Positions 33,864 through 48,700 of a DNA stretch of 64,000 bases are shown here, piece by piece. This DNA comes from Antedon mediterranea. Lineage: Eukaryota > Animalia > Echinodermata. Both the position numbers and the translations under genes were made by a program. The notes under the pieces were generated by a model that saw only the letters and a list, made by a program, of their open reading frames with translations, made no database searches and was not told where the DNA came from. Location: the NCBI RefSeq assembly GCF_964355755.1, contig NC_092670.1, positions 18,834,795-18,898,794 on the forward strand. The letters run 5' to 3'. Each line of letters begins with the position of its first letter. The first letter of the stretch is position 1.

Positions 33864-35196
33864 ATATTGTATATTAAAAAATCAACATTGAAAAAAAATA
33901 TTATATAATAGAAGGATCCCATACAATTAGAAGCTGCAACCAGAATGCAACGCGTGTCTAAATAAAAATGACAACTTTGAAATATAAATTATTGTATTAT
34001 ATAAATATTGTAATTAAAGGTAGCTATTGATAATTATAGAGAAATAAAACACGTAGGCCTATATTTGAATAATTATACTTGTTTTTGCTGACTTCCAATT
34101 TATTAAATCTGTGTGCATCATTTCCATGAATTTTAAAAATAATTTATTGTTATTTATTATTGTGCTTCCGGTTTTTTTACTTTTTGAAATTCCATTTAAT
34201 GTGGATATTAACTGTTTCTGTATACAAATCAATCATCGATACCATCATTAAGCGAAATATACCAACCCACAGACATAAGAATTATGAATAACACTATCAT
34301 ACGATCGGCTGGCAATTGATTTGTTTTTGTTTTGAAGCGACTACGGAAGTGATGTCATAATTATAGCGTACAAAAGCAGGAAATTAAACAAGTTATACAC
34401 ACGTGTGTATTATAGTCAAGTAAACAAGTCTTGGCTTCCGGGGGTAACGGTAACACCCATTTGCCATAACTTGTAGACTATTTATTGAATTTGGCCGATA
34501 TTTTCGGATTATGGAAACGCAGTCTTCGCCGTCATACATTCGGTTTTTACTAACAGTTTTTGTAACACTAGGACTGATTATCATCGAATATATCTTCGAA
34601 TGAAAATTTAGGGGGAAAAACTAATAAAATACATAAAAAATCATAAAAAACCTTTGTAGGGTCAAAAAATAGATAAAACGTGTTTCTTGTGACGTATGCT
34701 TTAAAACGCACTCTTCGCCATCATTTTTAACGTAGGCCTATCATAAATATATCCAAGAACAAAACAAATATTTTTTGATGTACCGTATGTTATAGGCCAC
34801 AACTTTTAGACCTATATGTTTTCACTGTACAATTTAAAAGAAATTGATAAAAAATTAAAAACAGAAAGTTTTTTTTTTCTTGTGAGATTCACTCACCTTC
34901 AAATTATTTCTTATTTTTATTACATACGCTATACTCATTTTGAATAAATATATTTGTAATCAATAAGTTCTTTTTTTCTCTTATTTTGTTTTTGCATATA
35001 GGCCCTATAGTATAAACATAAACACTGCAGGCGAACCTTAATTCTGAACTGCCCGGGTGATAAAATAGAATAGAAAGTTTAATAAATTTGGATTTTCCAT
35101 AAACAATTTTGTTAAAACAATTACGAAACAAAACCTTGCTGATTCAGTTGTACCATCATCTTGTGGTTATGTACACGACTTTACCACATCATTTTC

Positions 35197-35706
35197 ACAT
35201 ATCATAACGGTGCGTTTACACTGAATGATACATCACCTTATCAAACGATATTTAAGAAATCATGTAAAAAGGTGACGTGGTTTAGTAACAATTTATTTTC
35301 TAGTTATAGATAAAGTTTTCAATTCTTCAGAATTGAGATAGAATTCTGATTTTGTATGACCATACTAATAATGATTAAACATTTCTGCAATCTGAACCAA
35401 TTTTGTTTACGTAAATACCAAACTTTCTGCGTAATAGTCAACTATAAATTTTGTCTGAATACGTAAACAATCGAAAAAACAGCCATTTATACTGGGACAA
35501 ATATTCCATTATGAAATATTAATAGAGAGGCTTTTAAGCAGAAGCGTGTCAAACATTCTGATGACATCATCGGTATTACAAGTACGTGGCTTGTATCGTG
35601 TTTACGATTTTGTTAAATCTCTCACTAAACATATTTGAACAATACTAACTGTTTATTGCTTGATAGGTGATGTATCATTCAGTGTAAACGCACCGTTATG
35701 ATATGT
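35197..35706. mobile_element. Foldback / non-autonomous DNA transposon with 42-bp perfect inverted arms
   Basis: acatatcataacggtgcgtttacactgaatgatacatcacct (35197-35238) and its reverse complement (35665-35706). Confidence 0.75.
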
Positions 35707-36524
35707 TTGTGTATTGTTTTATATCATAAATCAAAGTACTGTACACATATGACTATCCGTTAGAAACAACACGCCATAGACAAACTGTATACTTGTAAAA
35801 TGGAGTGTGGACAAATACGTACAGGCCCTTACAGGCCTATACTTACAATGAAAAGAAAACATACACATGTTAAACAGAGAAATTAAAACTAGAAAATATG
35901 TTTCCAAAAGGGAACTACATTTAAATGATATGTTTTTCTTTTTTTTAGGGCAACACTCAATGTGGTTGTAAAAACTTTTTTGCTTGTTTTGTGGTTGTCC
36001 CTGTTTCATTTATTTTTTTGTTTTGTTTTACAATGTTACAATTTTACTTTATTGTGTCGTGCTTGAAACAATATAAATATCAAATATGAAAATTAAGGGG
36101 AAAATACATAAAACAACTTTAAAAACCTTTGTAGAGTCCAAAACATAGATAAAACGTATAACAAAAGATATACGTGTTTTTGATGCTTTCAATATTAGGA
36201 GAACTATTAATAGATTGAACAGTTTGACACAAAAATAATAAGTAATATATAATCTATTACGTGTCATCAGTTTAGACCTAATCGGAGTTCAAAGGTACAA
36301 AATATTATTTCCTTTGTATCGGGATTACTAAACAACGTATTGTTTAAAATTGAGTTCATGGTTTAGACTCACCCTATATCCTTAACTTGGAAAATCCGTT
36401 GTAAAATTATAGAAATTATCTTAAAACAAAATCCTTCCCAACACTTCTTCATCCCCATGACCCTCCTCCCTTCAACAAAAAAAAGCAATGAAAGTACGTG
36501 TAGAGGCGCTGATTGTAGAACTAA

Positions 36525-36676
36525 AGCTCTATCTATCAAACTAGTTTGACAAAAAAAAGTGTGAAGCGCACAAATATGGAAGTGATATGCCCAATGGTAT
36601 TGATATGACATCATCATGTCTATATATGGGCACATCACTTGTTTTGTCACATAAAGTTTGATAGTGTAGACAGAGC
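36525..36676. mobile_element. MITE family A copy
   Basis: Family A TIRs and internal repeat. Confidence 0.75.
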
Positions 36677-37185
36677 TTTCGTATGGTCTGTTAAGCGTGT
36701 TTACGGTTCATTGTCCCTACATTCTTGCTGAAACATTTGTATTCGTGACGTATTGCTTCTCTGTCGTTAAAAACATAAACTATAACAATTAAATGTATAT
36801 TTTTAAAAGAGATCATCGTAAACTGAGACATTTATCGTCTTACACGGAGTGTTTAATGACTTCAAAACAACATAAGTAGGCCCTTATTATTTCAATTATT
36901 GAAACTATTTAGCGAATGATAACCCTGTAGATATCAGAACAGCTGGAGGTATATAGGCCAACTGTAGATCAACTAAGCCCACCCCTCCGATCGATCCCCC
37001 GTATTTTACATCCGTATTGCCATATCCTTTCAACACCGGTATTAAATTCCTAGCGAACGCCCAACCTATTTATTACCATACGAAAATTTGGTAGGCCTAT
37101 TACTTTCTTTATCCCATTTATTGATCGTTGCAGAGGTGTAGTGTCATTGAACGAGGCAAATGAATTAAAGGGGTGGGAACACTAA

Positions 37186-37292
37186 AGTGTGGTTCCCACT
37201 AGAGACGCAAGGACGTACGCGCAAACGCAAGCGAGTTGACCAATGACAAGTCACTGTTCGAATAATCCATCGCTTGTGATTGGTCAAATTAC
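37186..37292. mobile_element. Truncated MITE family B copy (TIR AGCTTGGTTCCCACTAG)
   Basis: ggttcccactagagacgcaaggacgta..ccatcgcttgtgattggtcaa, ending at TTAA-AGG (possible Kolobok-type insertion start). Confidence 0.6.
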
Positions 37293-38814
37293 TTAAAGGC
37301 CAGGTACGGGCAAAAAATTTCTATTGATCATACATTCCAATAATTATCGATCTATAGTTTCCTCTATGTTTCATAATTTTTGGGATTTTATTTGTGTTAC
37401 ACGAGCTTGTAGAAAACAAGCACTTTCTTATCAGTGGGGGGATAGTTCAAATTACACAGTAAAACCTCTATTCTTTTGTAGCCTACACACATTTTGTAAA
37501 TAGAGAGGCATTTTAAAAAGCTATGAAAAACAAACGGTGTGGTAAAAAATGTTATCAGATGACTAAATATAGGTAATATAATTTGAATATTACATTTCTG
37601 GTATTTTTATTCAATTTAAGATTTTTATTTTCATGCTATAGCAAAAATTATCCACCGTATATCCACCATCTTTTTTCACCTTCTAGGGAGTCACCATACC
37701 ATGTTATTACATTAGGTTAACTACCTAACTACTGAAAAAAAGTCTTCCTGGTTTTTATAGCAGAATTTTGCCAAATTTTGAATTTGACCATTTTAAGGGA
37801 AATTTTTGTTTTTTCGCCTTGATTCCTTTTACAAATACTTGATTTATGACCATTAAAACATCGAACTGGAAAGGTATTGGAGCCTAAAAGCATCGAGAAC
37901 GAAGAAGAAAGTGTTTTCAGAGATCTTGTGACACGGCAAAAGTTTGAGCTTCTAGCTATAAAGTAAATGAATAGGAAAAATATGTTACTACATGATCCTA
38001 GTTGATAGAAATTATCTGTAGGCTTACAAGAAAATATGAACTACATGGACCACTTTGTGCATGTTTTACCGCTAATGTGCTATCGAGAACATACCTTCCA
38101 AGATTTTTTTTTTTTTTTTGCAAGTAAAATAAATAGTAAGAGAAGTTATTATTATGCTAGAATTCTCTAATTGTAGCTGATGTCTTGTATGCAACTAAAA
38201 TATTTAATCAAAGGTTTCAAACAAACATTATAAATTAATGCGATTGATTCAGAGAATCTGATGATTAAATCCTGCTAAATTAAATACTGTAATGGTTTCT
38301 CAATGCATACAACGTTCAGTCAATAGATAGCTGAAACCAACATGACAAGTAACTTTAATCCATCGAGGACCATAATCATAATCGTGTCAATTGAAGTAGT
38401 TGATGACGTCAATATAAAATAACATTTTCTAACTACTGCTTTATAAATACACCCTCGTGTCGAGGTTGTTTACTATCGAAGTTCTATGAAATCAATTAGT
38501 GTTTACGTTAATTAAATGGCCCATAAATCGTTGATAATTATTGTCCTTAAGGGTGCTAATCTCAGAACACATTGTTTTGGTGTCCTCCAGCACAACTACT
38601 AATCTTTGTCAAAGTCTAGTTCAGACTGATTTTCTGTAGAATGAACATTCTTAAGTAAAGAAGTTGAAAATCATGGGAAATTAGAGACGTTGGTTTAGAG
38701 AAATATACAAGAGTCTGAACAAGTAATTGAAAGAAGAATAGACGGCAATTGAGAACACAGTTCGCGGAAAAAATGTAATGATGAATATGGGAAATTAAAG
38801 TTAACAGAAAGCAC

Positions 38815-39030
38815 AATAATAATAATAATATTCGTTTTTATATAGCGCTTATTGCACAATGCTTTAGCGCTGAACATTATTACCCCAATAATTTTTTGTG
38901 TGGATCAAATACGTATATGGAAACATACTCCCATAATGCAGCTAGTACTGTAATCAGCAAAAAGTTGATCTAACCGGGTGGAGAGAGGCAAAACGTAAGT
39001 AAAAGTATCTTGCCTAAGGATACAAGCAAT
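38815..39030 (-). mobile_element. SINE remnant with L2-type tail
   Basis: Minus strand TCCTTAGGCAAG core ... AAGCGCTATATAAAAACGAATATTATTATTATT tail. Confidence 0.6.
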
Positions 39031-39191
39031 TTCGGAGAGAGTTGGATTCCTCCAACGTCCAACCAACAAAGAATCAATGTGCCTTTAATAAGTAAAACGC
39101 TATTGATGATTTATTATTGTTATGATGAGCATTTTAAATTGTGCATGTGTATTGCTATTTTCTATTATTTTTAGGGCCTATACCGTATTAG

Positions 39192-39216
39192 CATAGAGTA
39201 AAGAATTTACTCCATG
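39192..39216. mobile_element. 25-bp hairpin with 7-bp TSD (P-superfamily footprint-like)
   Basis: gtattag|catagagtaaa gaa tttactccatg|gtattag. Confidence 0.75.
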
Positions 39217-40709
39217 GTATTAGATACCTCATCCCACTATTTTACGAACAAACAAGTTTATACTACTGTATATAGTATGTTTTCATGGGTAATTAGTTCT
39301 TATGGAAGAAATGAGAGTCGTGATCCACGATAAACCAAAAGAGTGTGACGTAACTGTTTAGTGATATGACGTCATTGATCGTTTTACAAATAGAGAATAT
39401 CGTTCGTATGATTTGCGCACGTCTTCAAGAGGCAAGGCCACGTCTAAAATAAATATATATTGCTTACGATAAAAATAATATAATTATATTGTCAATGTCA
39501 TGAAATAGATTACATATAGATCAATATACTCTTTCGAATGTCTAAAATAATACTGTGGTATTATCTATGCCCACACAATCCATTTAGTTACAATGCATTT
39601 ACAAGATAGCAGCGTAAACTAATGATGATTAGTTCATTTTTAAATGACATGTTCTTTACCTTGATCTTTAAGATGCATGAAGCGTTGTAGAACACTGTCT
39701 TATTGTATGCCCTTTTATCTTATTTTAACATGTCAAAAGGTCTGGTACAGTATTTTCTTTTTTCTATTCCCAACTTCTTAGCATGAGAGACACCCATTTC
39801 GAAATTTCCATGCTCTTTATATGTACCGGTATATTTTACAAAAACTATCCAAAATATTTTCACACTCTTCATCAATTAAATTATCTGAGTAGGCCTATCC
39901 CAAAATATGTTTAAATTTGTCATTTTCATGCGAAGTATAAAATGTATCAAACATATCTTAGCCGCCATTTCTATACATATCCACATATGAATTAAATAAT
40001 TCCTGATTACGTATATTATTTAATGCTGGACAATTAAGGATGAAATGATGGATGTCTTCGTCCGAATTTGTTTTGCATAATTTTTTATTATTATCAATAT
40101 TCCAATTTGCAGTTCTATTATTCAAAGGTAGAGTAGAACTATTTGAACAAACTTAACATTTTAATGCAGCACATTCAAAATTAGTTGTATCAATTAAGTA
40201 TTTTTCAAGTCCAGGTTTTGATTTTAATATGTTATAGATGTGGAGACTTGATTTTTGTAGTAATTCAATTCTCCATTCATCTATCATTATAGAGTTAAGT
40301 TTTCTTAAAATTTCAGAAATTTGAAAGTAGACTTCTTTGTAATTTGAGAGAGTGGTGACAATATTTTTGTTTATTCGATTACAGTTAACGTGGGTTCAAT
40401 AAACTCAAATACGTTAAATCATTGTAGGTACGGTATTTATCAATATGTATATATTTCTGTTAATTTATACGTGTTCCTCGAAATGTGTTCATGTCCGTGA
40501 AACATTCGATCGACTGATATTTCCGGATATCTCTTCAAATTTATTTTGTTATGTGATCTTTATCGTGACATTCCTACATTGGTTATTCGTATAATAACCT
40601 TAAATCATTACCATTATTGTACAGTATTTGCTATTTTTTAAATAATTTAGTAGGCCTATAAGTGTTCCAATTTGATTTAAAATAAATACATATACCACTT
40701 GGATTGACA

Positions 40710-41030
40710 CGCCCTTTTTTTTTATTCAGTATATTACACATAGGCGCCTTACAAGATGGAACCACCTTAGCTTGAAGGCGCCTCAGATTGACAAATACAA
40801 CATTTTAAAACAACTAACAGAAACATCAATCAAATCTTCCAGAATTTAACAAGAAATTGTTGTACATAATAAAATAATAAAGCATTTTCACAATTCGAAA
40901 GAAGATCGGAACCAAAAATAAAAATTTCACTTAAAAATGTAAAATTAAATATTAAAGAAAAATCCTTGGCTAAGATATCCTCAATAATTGAGTTGGCGCT
41001 TACAAGTAGAATATCTCTTTGTGTATTATA
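40710..41030 (-). mobile_element. CR1-group LINE 3' remnant
   Basis: Minus strand IFIFGSDLLSNCENALLFYYVQQFL (CR1-type ORF2 C-terminus), a 3' hairpin aggcgcctt..aaggcgcct and an A-rich tail. Confidence 0.5.
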
Positions 41031-41064
41031 ATTAATATATATTATTAATATATTAATATTGACA

Positions 41065-41200
41065 AGCTTGCAATAAGGACGTAAGCGCAACGCAAGTGAT
41101 TTGACGAATCACAAGCGACAGTTCGGATTATCCATCGTTTGCGAGTGATCAAATTACTTGCGGTGCGCTTACGTACTTGCGTAACATCCAAGTGGGAACC
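41065..41200. mobile_element. MITE family B copy
   Basis: aaggacgtaagcgcaacgcaag...cttgcggtgcgcttacgt...gtgggaacc. Confidence 0.65.
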
Positions 41201-43621
41201 ATTGTGGTCACCAATTTCCGTTCAATTTCTGGCCACTTTCTTTTCTATATGATGTCATGAATTGTTATTTCATATCATAGAACGATAGAATAATTGGCAA
41301 ACAAACCAGCTGTTTTGAACAGGTTTATATGTTGCCATTACTGCTTGTATTACGTTTTCCTCCGTGAAGTGTAGTAGGCCTACTAGTTTATCGACGTATT
41401 GATGACGTAAGCAACTAGTAATTGATATTCAAATACAGTATAGCAATATAACAAGAGCTGCAATGTAGGCGTATTTTTAATTTTTAACATTCACGTTTAC
41501 ATTACATTCAACTTACATGTTAATTCAAACGTTAAACTGTTTTGTTTAACATTTTTAAAAGACAGTGTTTTTAGAATTTGAATGGCAATATCGATAAAAC
41601 TTATTGCGAAATAGGATTTATTAGAAAAAGCCACATTTTGTTAGTTTAGGCCTAAGGATTGGTAGACATTTTACAGAAAACATTATGATGAATTTATGGA
41701 TTTATGAATTAGCTTAACTTATATACTTAAATATTAGAAAATATTGGGTTTCAGTAAAATCATATAATCATGAAAAAATAACATCAATATTCTCGACTCA
41801 AGTATATACGGTAATATACGATGGATGTGTGCTTTCGTACGCCGAGGTTTTGTGTCGTAATATCGTAAAAAGGGAAAGTTTATAAATCATACGCTACCGT
41901 ACGTTACATCTCTAGCACATATAATTATTTTAAGAAAAAAAATCATACTTTTTTAAAGCCTTAGGCCTATATTATAACTATACTGAATGAATAATTATCG
42001 CTTATTATTACATCTTTATTGAGTATACGATGAAGAACTATGAGAATGAAAAAAATAGCTCCAACCGGTGGTATTAAATACCACGTAACACATGGTTTGT
42101 ACTTTATCCATAATTGTAAAATTCACAGTATCATTTTGAATTAGCTTTGGCCAGTATGCGTAGGACTTTATAATAAAACGTACGATAGACGTGGGAAGGA
42201 CATTAATTGTGTTCGTCAGTGTCAAAGACAGTTTGACGCGTTTGGAAACTGATTGTACGGATTTGGAACGCTCGAGACGCGTCAAATTTGTCTCTGTGGT
42301 GTCTTTGATAGTACGCATATTGTTGATTTATCACGAAGATGTTCTGCTCCTTTCATCATCTTCCCACGTCTCCTACACAAATTATATAGTATTACCGCAA
42401 ATAAATCCTCTCTTGTTATGTATAATATTGAAAGTATGTAGGTACGTGTAACAAAATAGGCCTAATGATGCCATGTAATATGTCTACACCTACACATTTA
42501 TCAATATAGATGAGTTATTAGTCTATCTCGATATATCTAAGCGTGGTAAATGAAACTTAAATTAGAAAACACAAAGATATTCTTATCCTGTAATTGACGA
42601 AATCATGTAGTTTACGCGACTAAAAAGAATAAAGAATACTTTGTAGGCCTATGCAGTTAACTAATGCGCCATTTAACTTGTGTTTTATTAACTTAAATTA
42701 GAACTGTCTTTTTATTTTAAATGTACTAACAATAGGCCTATACGGTACGGTTATTGAATATTTTGGACGTATAATACACGCGTGATTAACACAAAATATA
42801 GTCATAATTGTAATCTATGTAAGTACGCCTAGGATTAAAACTCAACCAACCAACCAACCAACCTTCCGGGAAAAAAATTGGTGAAAAAATGAAAACGATA
42901 TGGCCTTCTTGTACATAGGCCCACATACACATAAACATCATTTTAATTTTTCGGTTTTCTCAGGCGCGTCTATTTATAAGCTATAAATCAACCAAAATAA
43001 AGGGGTATTCATGCTAGAATGCATTGGCACATAAGGCCTAGATAATGTTTCGATTGTCTGTCCACACACACCCACTCAAAACCCAATTATACCTGCAACT
43101 CGACAGGCCTAACTACGTTTTAACAAAAACCCATATAGTGAGGGGGAAATTTCATCAGTATCCAGTATTAACAAATTTATTTACGGTATATATTCCGGGA
43201 TTTTACAATTTAACTATATTAATCGCTAAACAATAGAGCTACAAATAACGAAACCAAGAACAATCAACATTTGAGTTACAGTGGTACATCATACACAAAG
43301 AACTTGATTAAAATATCCTCTTCTAAAAAAATGTTCTAAAAAAGTTATTAATCGAAACAATAATTATCACATAAGTACAAAAAAATCGAAATTCAACGAA
43401 TTTTGTTTTTCTAATAATCGTACATTGTAAACTTATAAGTTTAGGGAAAGTTGCTAACATTCTGTAATTGCGTGGGCCTATAGGGAATTAATATCAAGTT
43501 CGGCAATGTAGGCTCAAATTAAAGTGTTTTCAATCTGTAGTTTGACCGATGGGAGTTTAGGCTATTTTGATAACAGTATATGGTGGAAGGAAGTCGTTTA
43601 GTCTATAAATAATACTTATAA

Positions 43622-43759
43622 AGCTCTGACTACATTACACTAACAAACTGTGTAACAAAAACATGTTATGTGCTCATGGACATGATGTCATATCACTACC
43701 ATATTTGGAAATATCACTACCATATTTGGGCACATCCCATATTTAGTGTAGACAGAGCT
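43622..43759. mobile_element. MITE family A copy
   Basis: Family A termini and internal repeats. Confidence 0.7.
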
Positions 43760-44137
43760 TTAGTATACAAAACATGTGTATACATAAACACAACACATGT
43801 ACTCACATAATTATAATATCAAAACATTAGAAAATAACAGATGATTTTATATTTCTATGATTGTTATAGCGGGAACTTTGTTATTTTTATACCTTGCCTA
43901 TTGTTTAAGGGAGGTGAACATTTTTTTTTATTAAGCAAGAGTATGAATATAAATTTGCTATATTTTGAGGGGATTCGCATCCTGCCATGGTAATTACTAA
44001 ATAGAATACATTAAAGGTTACTTATTAGATTCGAATAGTTATGAATTATGAGTGCTAAATTTCATTATCGAATCAATTAGTTATGTGGATGAATTGTTTG
44101 GGTCTTTTAAGCAGTATCATCTCTCATGTTTAGGAGT

Positions 44138-44438
44138 GGGGCTGTGGCTTGGTGGTTATGATGCTTGGCTACCAATCTAAGGGTCCTGGGTTCAAGTCCT
44201 GTCATATGTCAGGGTTTTTTTCTCATGACAATTTACAACTCCACTCCCAAAGACTTAATAAGTCTTTGTCTACGTAGAGCATCTTGTGTATATGTTTGTC
44301 TTATATGTTCTAGTGCAGTATATGGAGAGCCATCCCGATAGTGCTTTGCACTCATGGCAATCCTCAGGGTGCTGCACCGCTGTGTTGTCATGTATGTGTG
44401 CCTGAAAATTGAATAAAATATAAAAAAAAAATAAAAAA
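44138..44438 (+). mobile_element. tRNA-derived SINE with A-rich tail
   Basis: ggggctgtggcttggtggtt (A box), gggttcaagtcc (B box), then aataaa and a poly-A run. Confidence 0.7.
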
Positions 44439-45563
44439 GTTCTTATGACTACATGAACTAGACCATATAGTATTTATCTAGCTGCATTGATTATTTTGAA
44501 GTATTATAAACGTAATATAAAGATACAGTAAAAGTTTTTTTCAGATTAATTAATTTTGTATAATTAGTCTGTTCATGACACGTGGTCTTTATACGTCACA
44601 AAAATACATTAAATATTAATGAATAATTACAATGAATTGCAATTATTGAAACAATGGATGAATGAGATTTTAATTCTGTTTTTTTTGTGGCCATAATAAT
44701 GTAATTTTAGCGATTGCGTAATCATCCTTTATAGATTAATTGTACAGAAATAGGGCCTATATTAGGCCTACTTTTTGAAAGGCTTTATTTTAAGAACGGT
44801 TCCTAATTAAAAAAAAACCCAAATGTTCCAGGTTCACATTGGAAAAACCATTTTTTATTTCAAAAAAGGAGAAGGAAATGCATGACTAAAAAGTTAACAA
44901 GTCTAGAAAGGATATTTTGTTAGTGCATTGCTTAACCACGGTGCAGCTGGAATCAAGTCATATGTGTGACGTCACATATCAGTATTTCTCATTGCCAAAA
45001 ATATCGCCACTCTTAGGCTTCGTGTTAGAAGCTAGAGTGAAATGTTTAACAATACGCATCGAGGTGTTGAATCATAAGCGATATAAAATTAGACATTATT
45101 TAATAGTTAATCATCCCCCACGATGCTATGAACATTACGCAATTCAAATACTGAGTACCCCTTCCTTTGGGACACCCTTTGTTGGTGTCTATTTAATTAA
45201 TAATTATGTACAGGTTATTACTGTATTAAAATACAATCATATGGTATCGTCTTTATACCAAATCTTAAAACGATGAGCCATAACTTTAAGTAGACCTAGA
45301 CAAGGCCTATGAAAGGATATACAGTAACTACTGCGCAATAAATAAAACTCAAGCAAAAGTCGCCCTCTTTCCAACATACCGGTAGTTCGTCTCATAACAT
45401 TGGACCAGAACTGTAATAAAACATATGTTATTTACACATTTTCAAAGGAAAGAGAGAAACTCTAAACCATCCAGAATTAGTTCTGGTTTACTATTAACGT
45501 TATTCAATTTACTATCTGTTCGATTCTTCGGATAAGTATTCAATTCAACCTGTGCTAAGCGGA

Positions 45564-45588
45564 TGACGTCAGCTGGTGTATGACGTCA
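45564..45588. promoter_or_regulatory. Tandem full CRE/ATF sites with an overlapping E-box in the CBX promoter
   Basis: TGACGTCA at 45564 and 45581 with CAGCTG overlapping the first, about 190 nt upstream of the ATG. Confidence 0.65.
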
Positions 45589-45772
45589 TTAAAGTAGCCA
45601 GCTATTTATCTAACGCAACGACGCAATACTATTTCAGTCGTGTTGCCAAACGTAACCGGTTGTAAGGATAATACTGTACTAACGGTGTATAGCAGCGCCT
45701 GGAATATTAACTTTCATCGCGAGACCTGCTGTTTTCTCGGCTGCTGCCCTGGAGTTTTAATTTCAAGCGATT

Positions 45773-48700
45773 ATGTCCGACCCGTGGACAGATAAATCCA
45801 CACAAGGAATTATAACAGAAGGAGTGTATGTTGCTGATAGTATACGGAGACGCAGAATCAGAAAGGTAGGAAATCTACCATTATTGATGTATAAGCTATA
45901 CTTTTTTTGACGATTGTATTACAGTATTTTAAGGCTTGCATTGTAGGCATAAATGGCAATAAAAAGACCGAGGCACTCGATAGGGAATTACCTAAGTTAT
46001 TTATGTTAAAAGTCTTCGTATATTTAATTATCCATATCTTCGTTTATATCTATAACATTTTATACTAATGTACATGCTGTTATAAAAGTTTACGAATTTT
46101 GTATTTGAAACATTTAAATAATAATACCGGTACCATGGCACAGATTAAACCAGGTTATGTTCTTTTTATACATTTTCTATAATTGTTTGTTTCTCAAATT
46201 TTAACAGTGAATAAGTTGCACATACCTTTTTTAATAAGTAGGCCTATGGTTCGAATAAACAATTATCATATTTCAATAGTAATAGGCCCACTGTAGTTCG
46301 TTTGGTAGATCGAACTTTCTCGAGGTGGTACAATTGATAAAATGCTCACTAACTTTTGTTCGCGCGCCTTAAACTTATTGCCTTCGTTGCCCACAGCCGA
46401 TGGTGGGTTGAGAATATATAATATTATATTTATCCTTTCAATTATAAAAACAAACTTACAAAAAGAAAGCTCACATTTGTCGCATAAAGTTTGATAGTGT
46501 AGACAGAGCTTAAAGCTTGGGTCCCACTTGGATGTAAGAAAGCTCTGGAGAGGTTTAGCTTATAAAAAACTACCAGGCACTTAATCATCAACATTAATAA
46601 ATTTGGCCCTATACTTTCAACTTTAACTTTTCTACTAAAAACCTGATTGTTGATATTGGTTACCTGTGTTGTTAAATTAAACCAAATAGTCAATTTAATT
46701 TTTTTATTTTTTTTTAAATCGTTTTTCTATAAAATTCTTTTTCAATAACTACGGAAACGAAAGGAACGTACAAACAAATATATTTGTATTCCAATAATTA
46801 TAAAAACAAATAAAAACATTTCCTTCAGCAAAAACAACAATTTCAAACCCGGATGTGAAACTAACAATTATTTTATATTTTAGACCTCTTACCGCATTTT
46901 TACACTAGTTTTCTTACAGATGGAAATACCAGAGGATTTTAGATTAAAACTTCTCAATTTTAAGCTTCAATTGTATATTATAGGCCAACTTTCTGTTCAT
47001 TTAATCAGCGAACCATTATTAGATTTCTCTTTTCCCATTAGAATTAAGTTAACGTTTACAAAACTTATAGGTCGAAGAGAAATAAGTTGAAATGTCAATA
47101 AGATAACATTTGGTCTCATGTTTGCCACTCTGACGTCATTTGTACCAAAGATAAGTATCTGCTGCTTACTTGGGCCCAAATCTAACCCCTGACCATCAGT
47201 GTAAGCTCGGCCGGTATGAAAGCCAGGCTAGTGATCTGGAGGTTGTGGGTTCGAGTCCCACCCGATAATTACTTGGGAATTTGTTCGCAAATATTCTCAA
47301 TGTACTTAGTATTTAAAGTACAAATTACGTCAGACCAATCACTAAACATTCTCACGCAAAACAAATAAACAATTGCAATCCTAAAGATAACATTTGTTTT
47401 TTCCATTTAGGGTCGCATCGAGTATTTGGTGAAATGGAGAGGTTGGTCCAACAAGTAAGTAGCAAAATGTTTTTTTTTCAGTGGTTAGTTGGAATTTTAG
47501 ATCTTGCGGTGCGACTTAAACATGACTGTAAAAGTCACGTGCGTTATTACGTCACGCACAATCATGCTACATCACGTCATGTCACGCAATCTAATTCATC
47601 ATATCGCTCACCAACGAGCCCACTTATAGTTAGGTTTAGCGGGACAGATAGTGCAAATATTTTTTCTATTTTTGTTTTCATCCATCTTTGTTGTGTTCGG
47701 TTGGTTAACCGTACGTACTTACCTGTACCGTAGACCTATAGCAAAACAATTACAAGTTAAAAAGCCGAGTACGTTGCACTCTAAATAGATATTATGATAA
47801 TCATAACCGCAAAATATTGATCGTGACCTCTCAGTCCTCGTACTCGGATTGTTTGCCACGTTGGCCTAGGCCCGTAATTATGCGGATTAGTCCGTGATCG
47901 AACCGTGATGCAGGCTAATTAAGCGTCACGTATCCATATTATTGTCAGTAAACGTGATAAAATGTGTTAAAATAAGATGATGGCAAAACACAAGTCGCCT
48001 GCTAGAATAAAAAGACGGATCTGAATTATTCTAGTAAGATGAATTGTTTTCATAAGGAAAATTCAAGCGAAAACATGTATATTTTAAAACAAATGAATAA
48101 GTATTGTGGTTCGACAATGTACACCAATCTTTTTCGTAAAGTAGGCCCTATTATTGTTTTACCAAAACGTGTGATTATAATTCTTCATTTCAACGAAGTT
48201 CTTCATTATATTGAAACATTAGACACGCAATTTAAATATCATAATGCTGTGGTTAATTCCATACAGGAAGTCGTTAAGAAACCCAACAAGACATTATCAA
48301 AATGGTATACGTGTTTTTACATAAGTTGAAAACCACATTGATGCATTCCGTGCCTGGTATATTATACTATTGTTATCTGTCCGTATTGTTTAAGGTACCC
48401 TGGGATTGTTAAAAACAACTGGTCTGAATTGATTACATAGGCCTATACTGTTCCTGGTTTTTACAACACGACTCTTCAAAATTGAATTAGTTAAAAACAA
48501 ATATAACAAACGTTGCCAAGAATGTTTTATATTTGCAGCATGCTGCTTCCTAATTATGATTAAATAAAAAATAATGTTCAAATTTAGTATGTTCTTATTC
48601 TTAATCATGTTCTTAGTACTTTAACATCAAACATCTCCAATGTACGGGTAGTATTATTGTATGGGAGTTGCTTGGAACGAAGAGATACAGTACTTGAAAA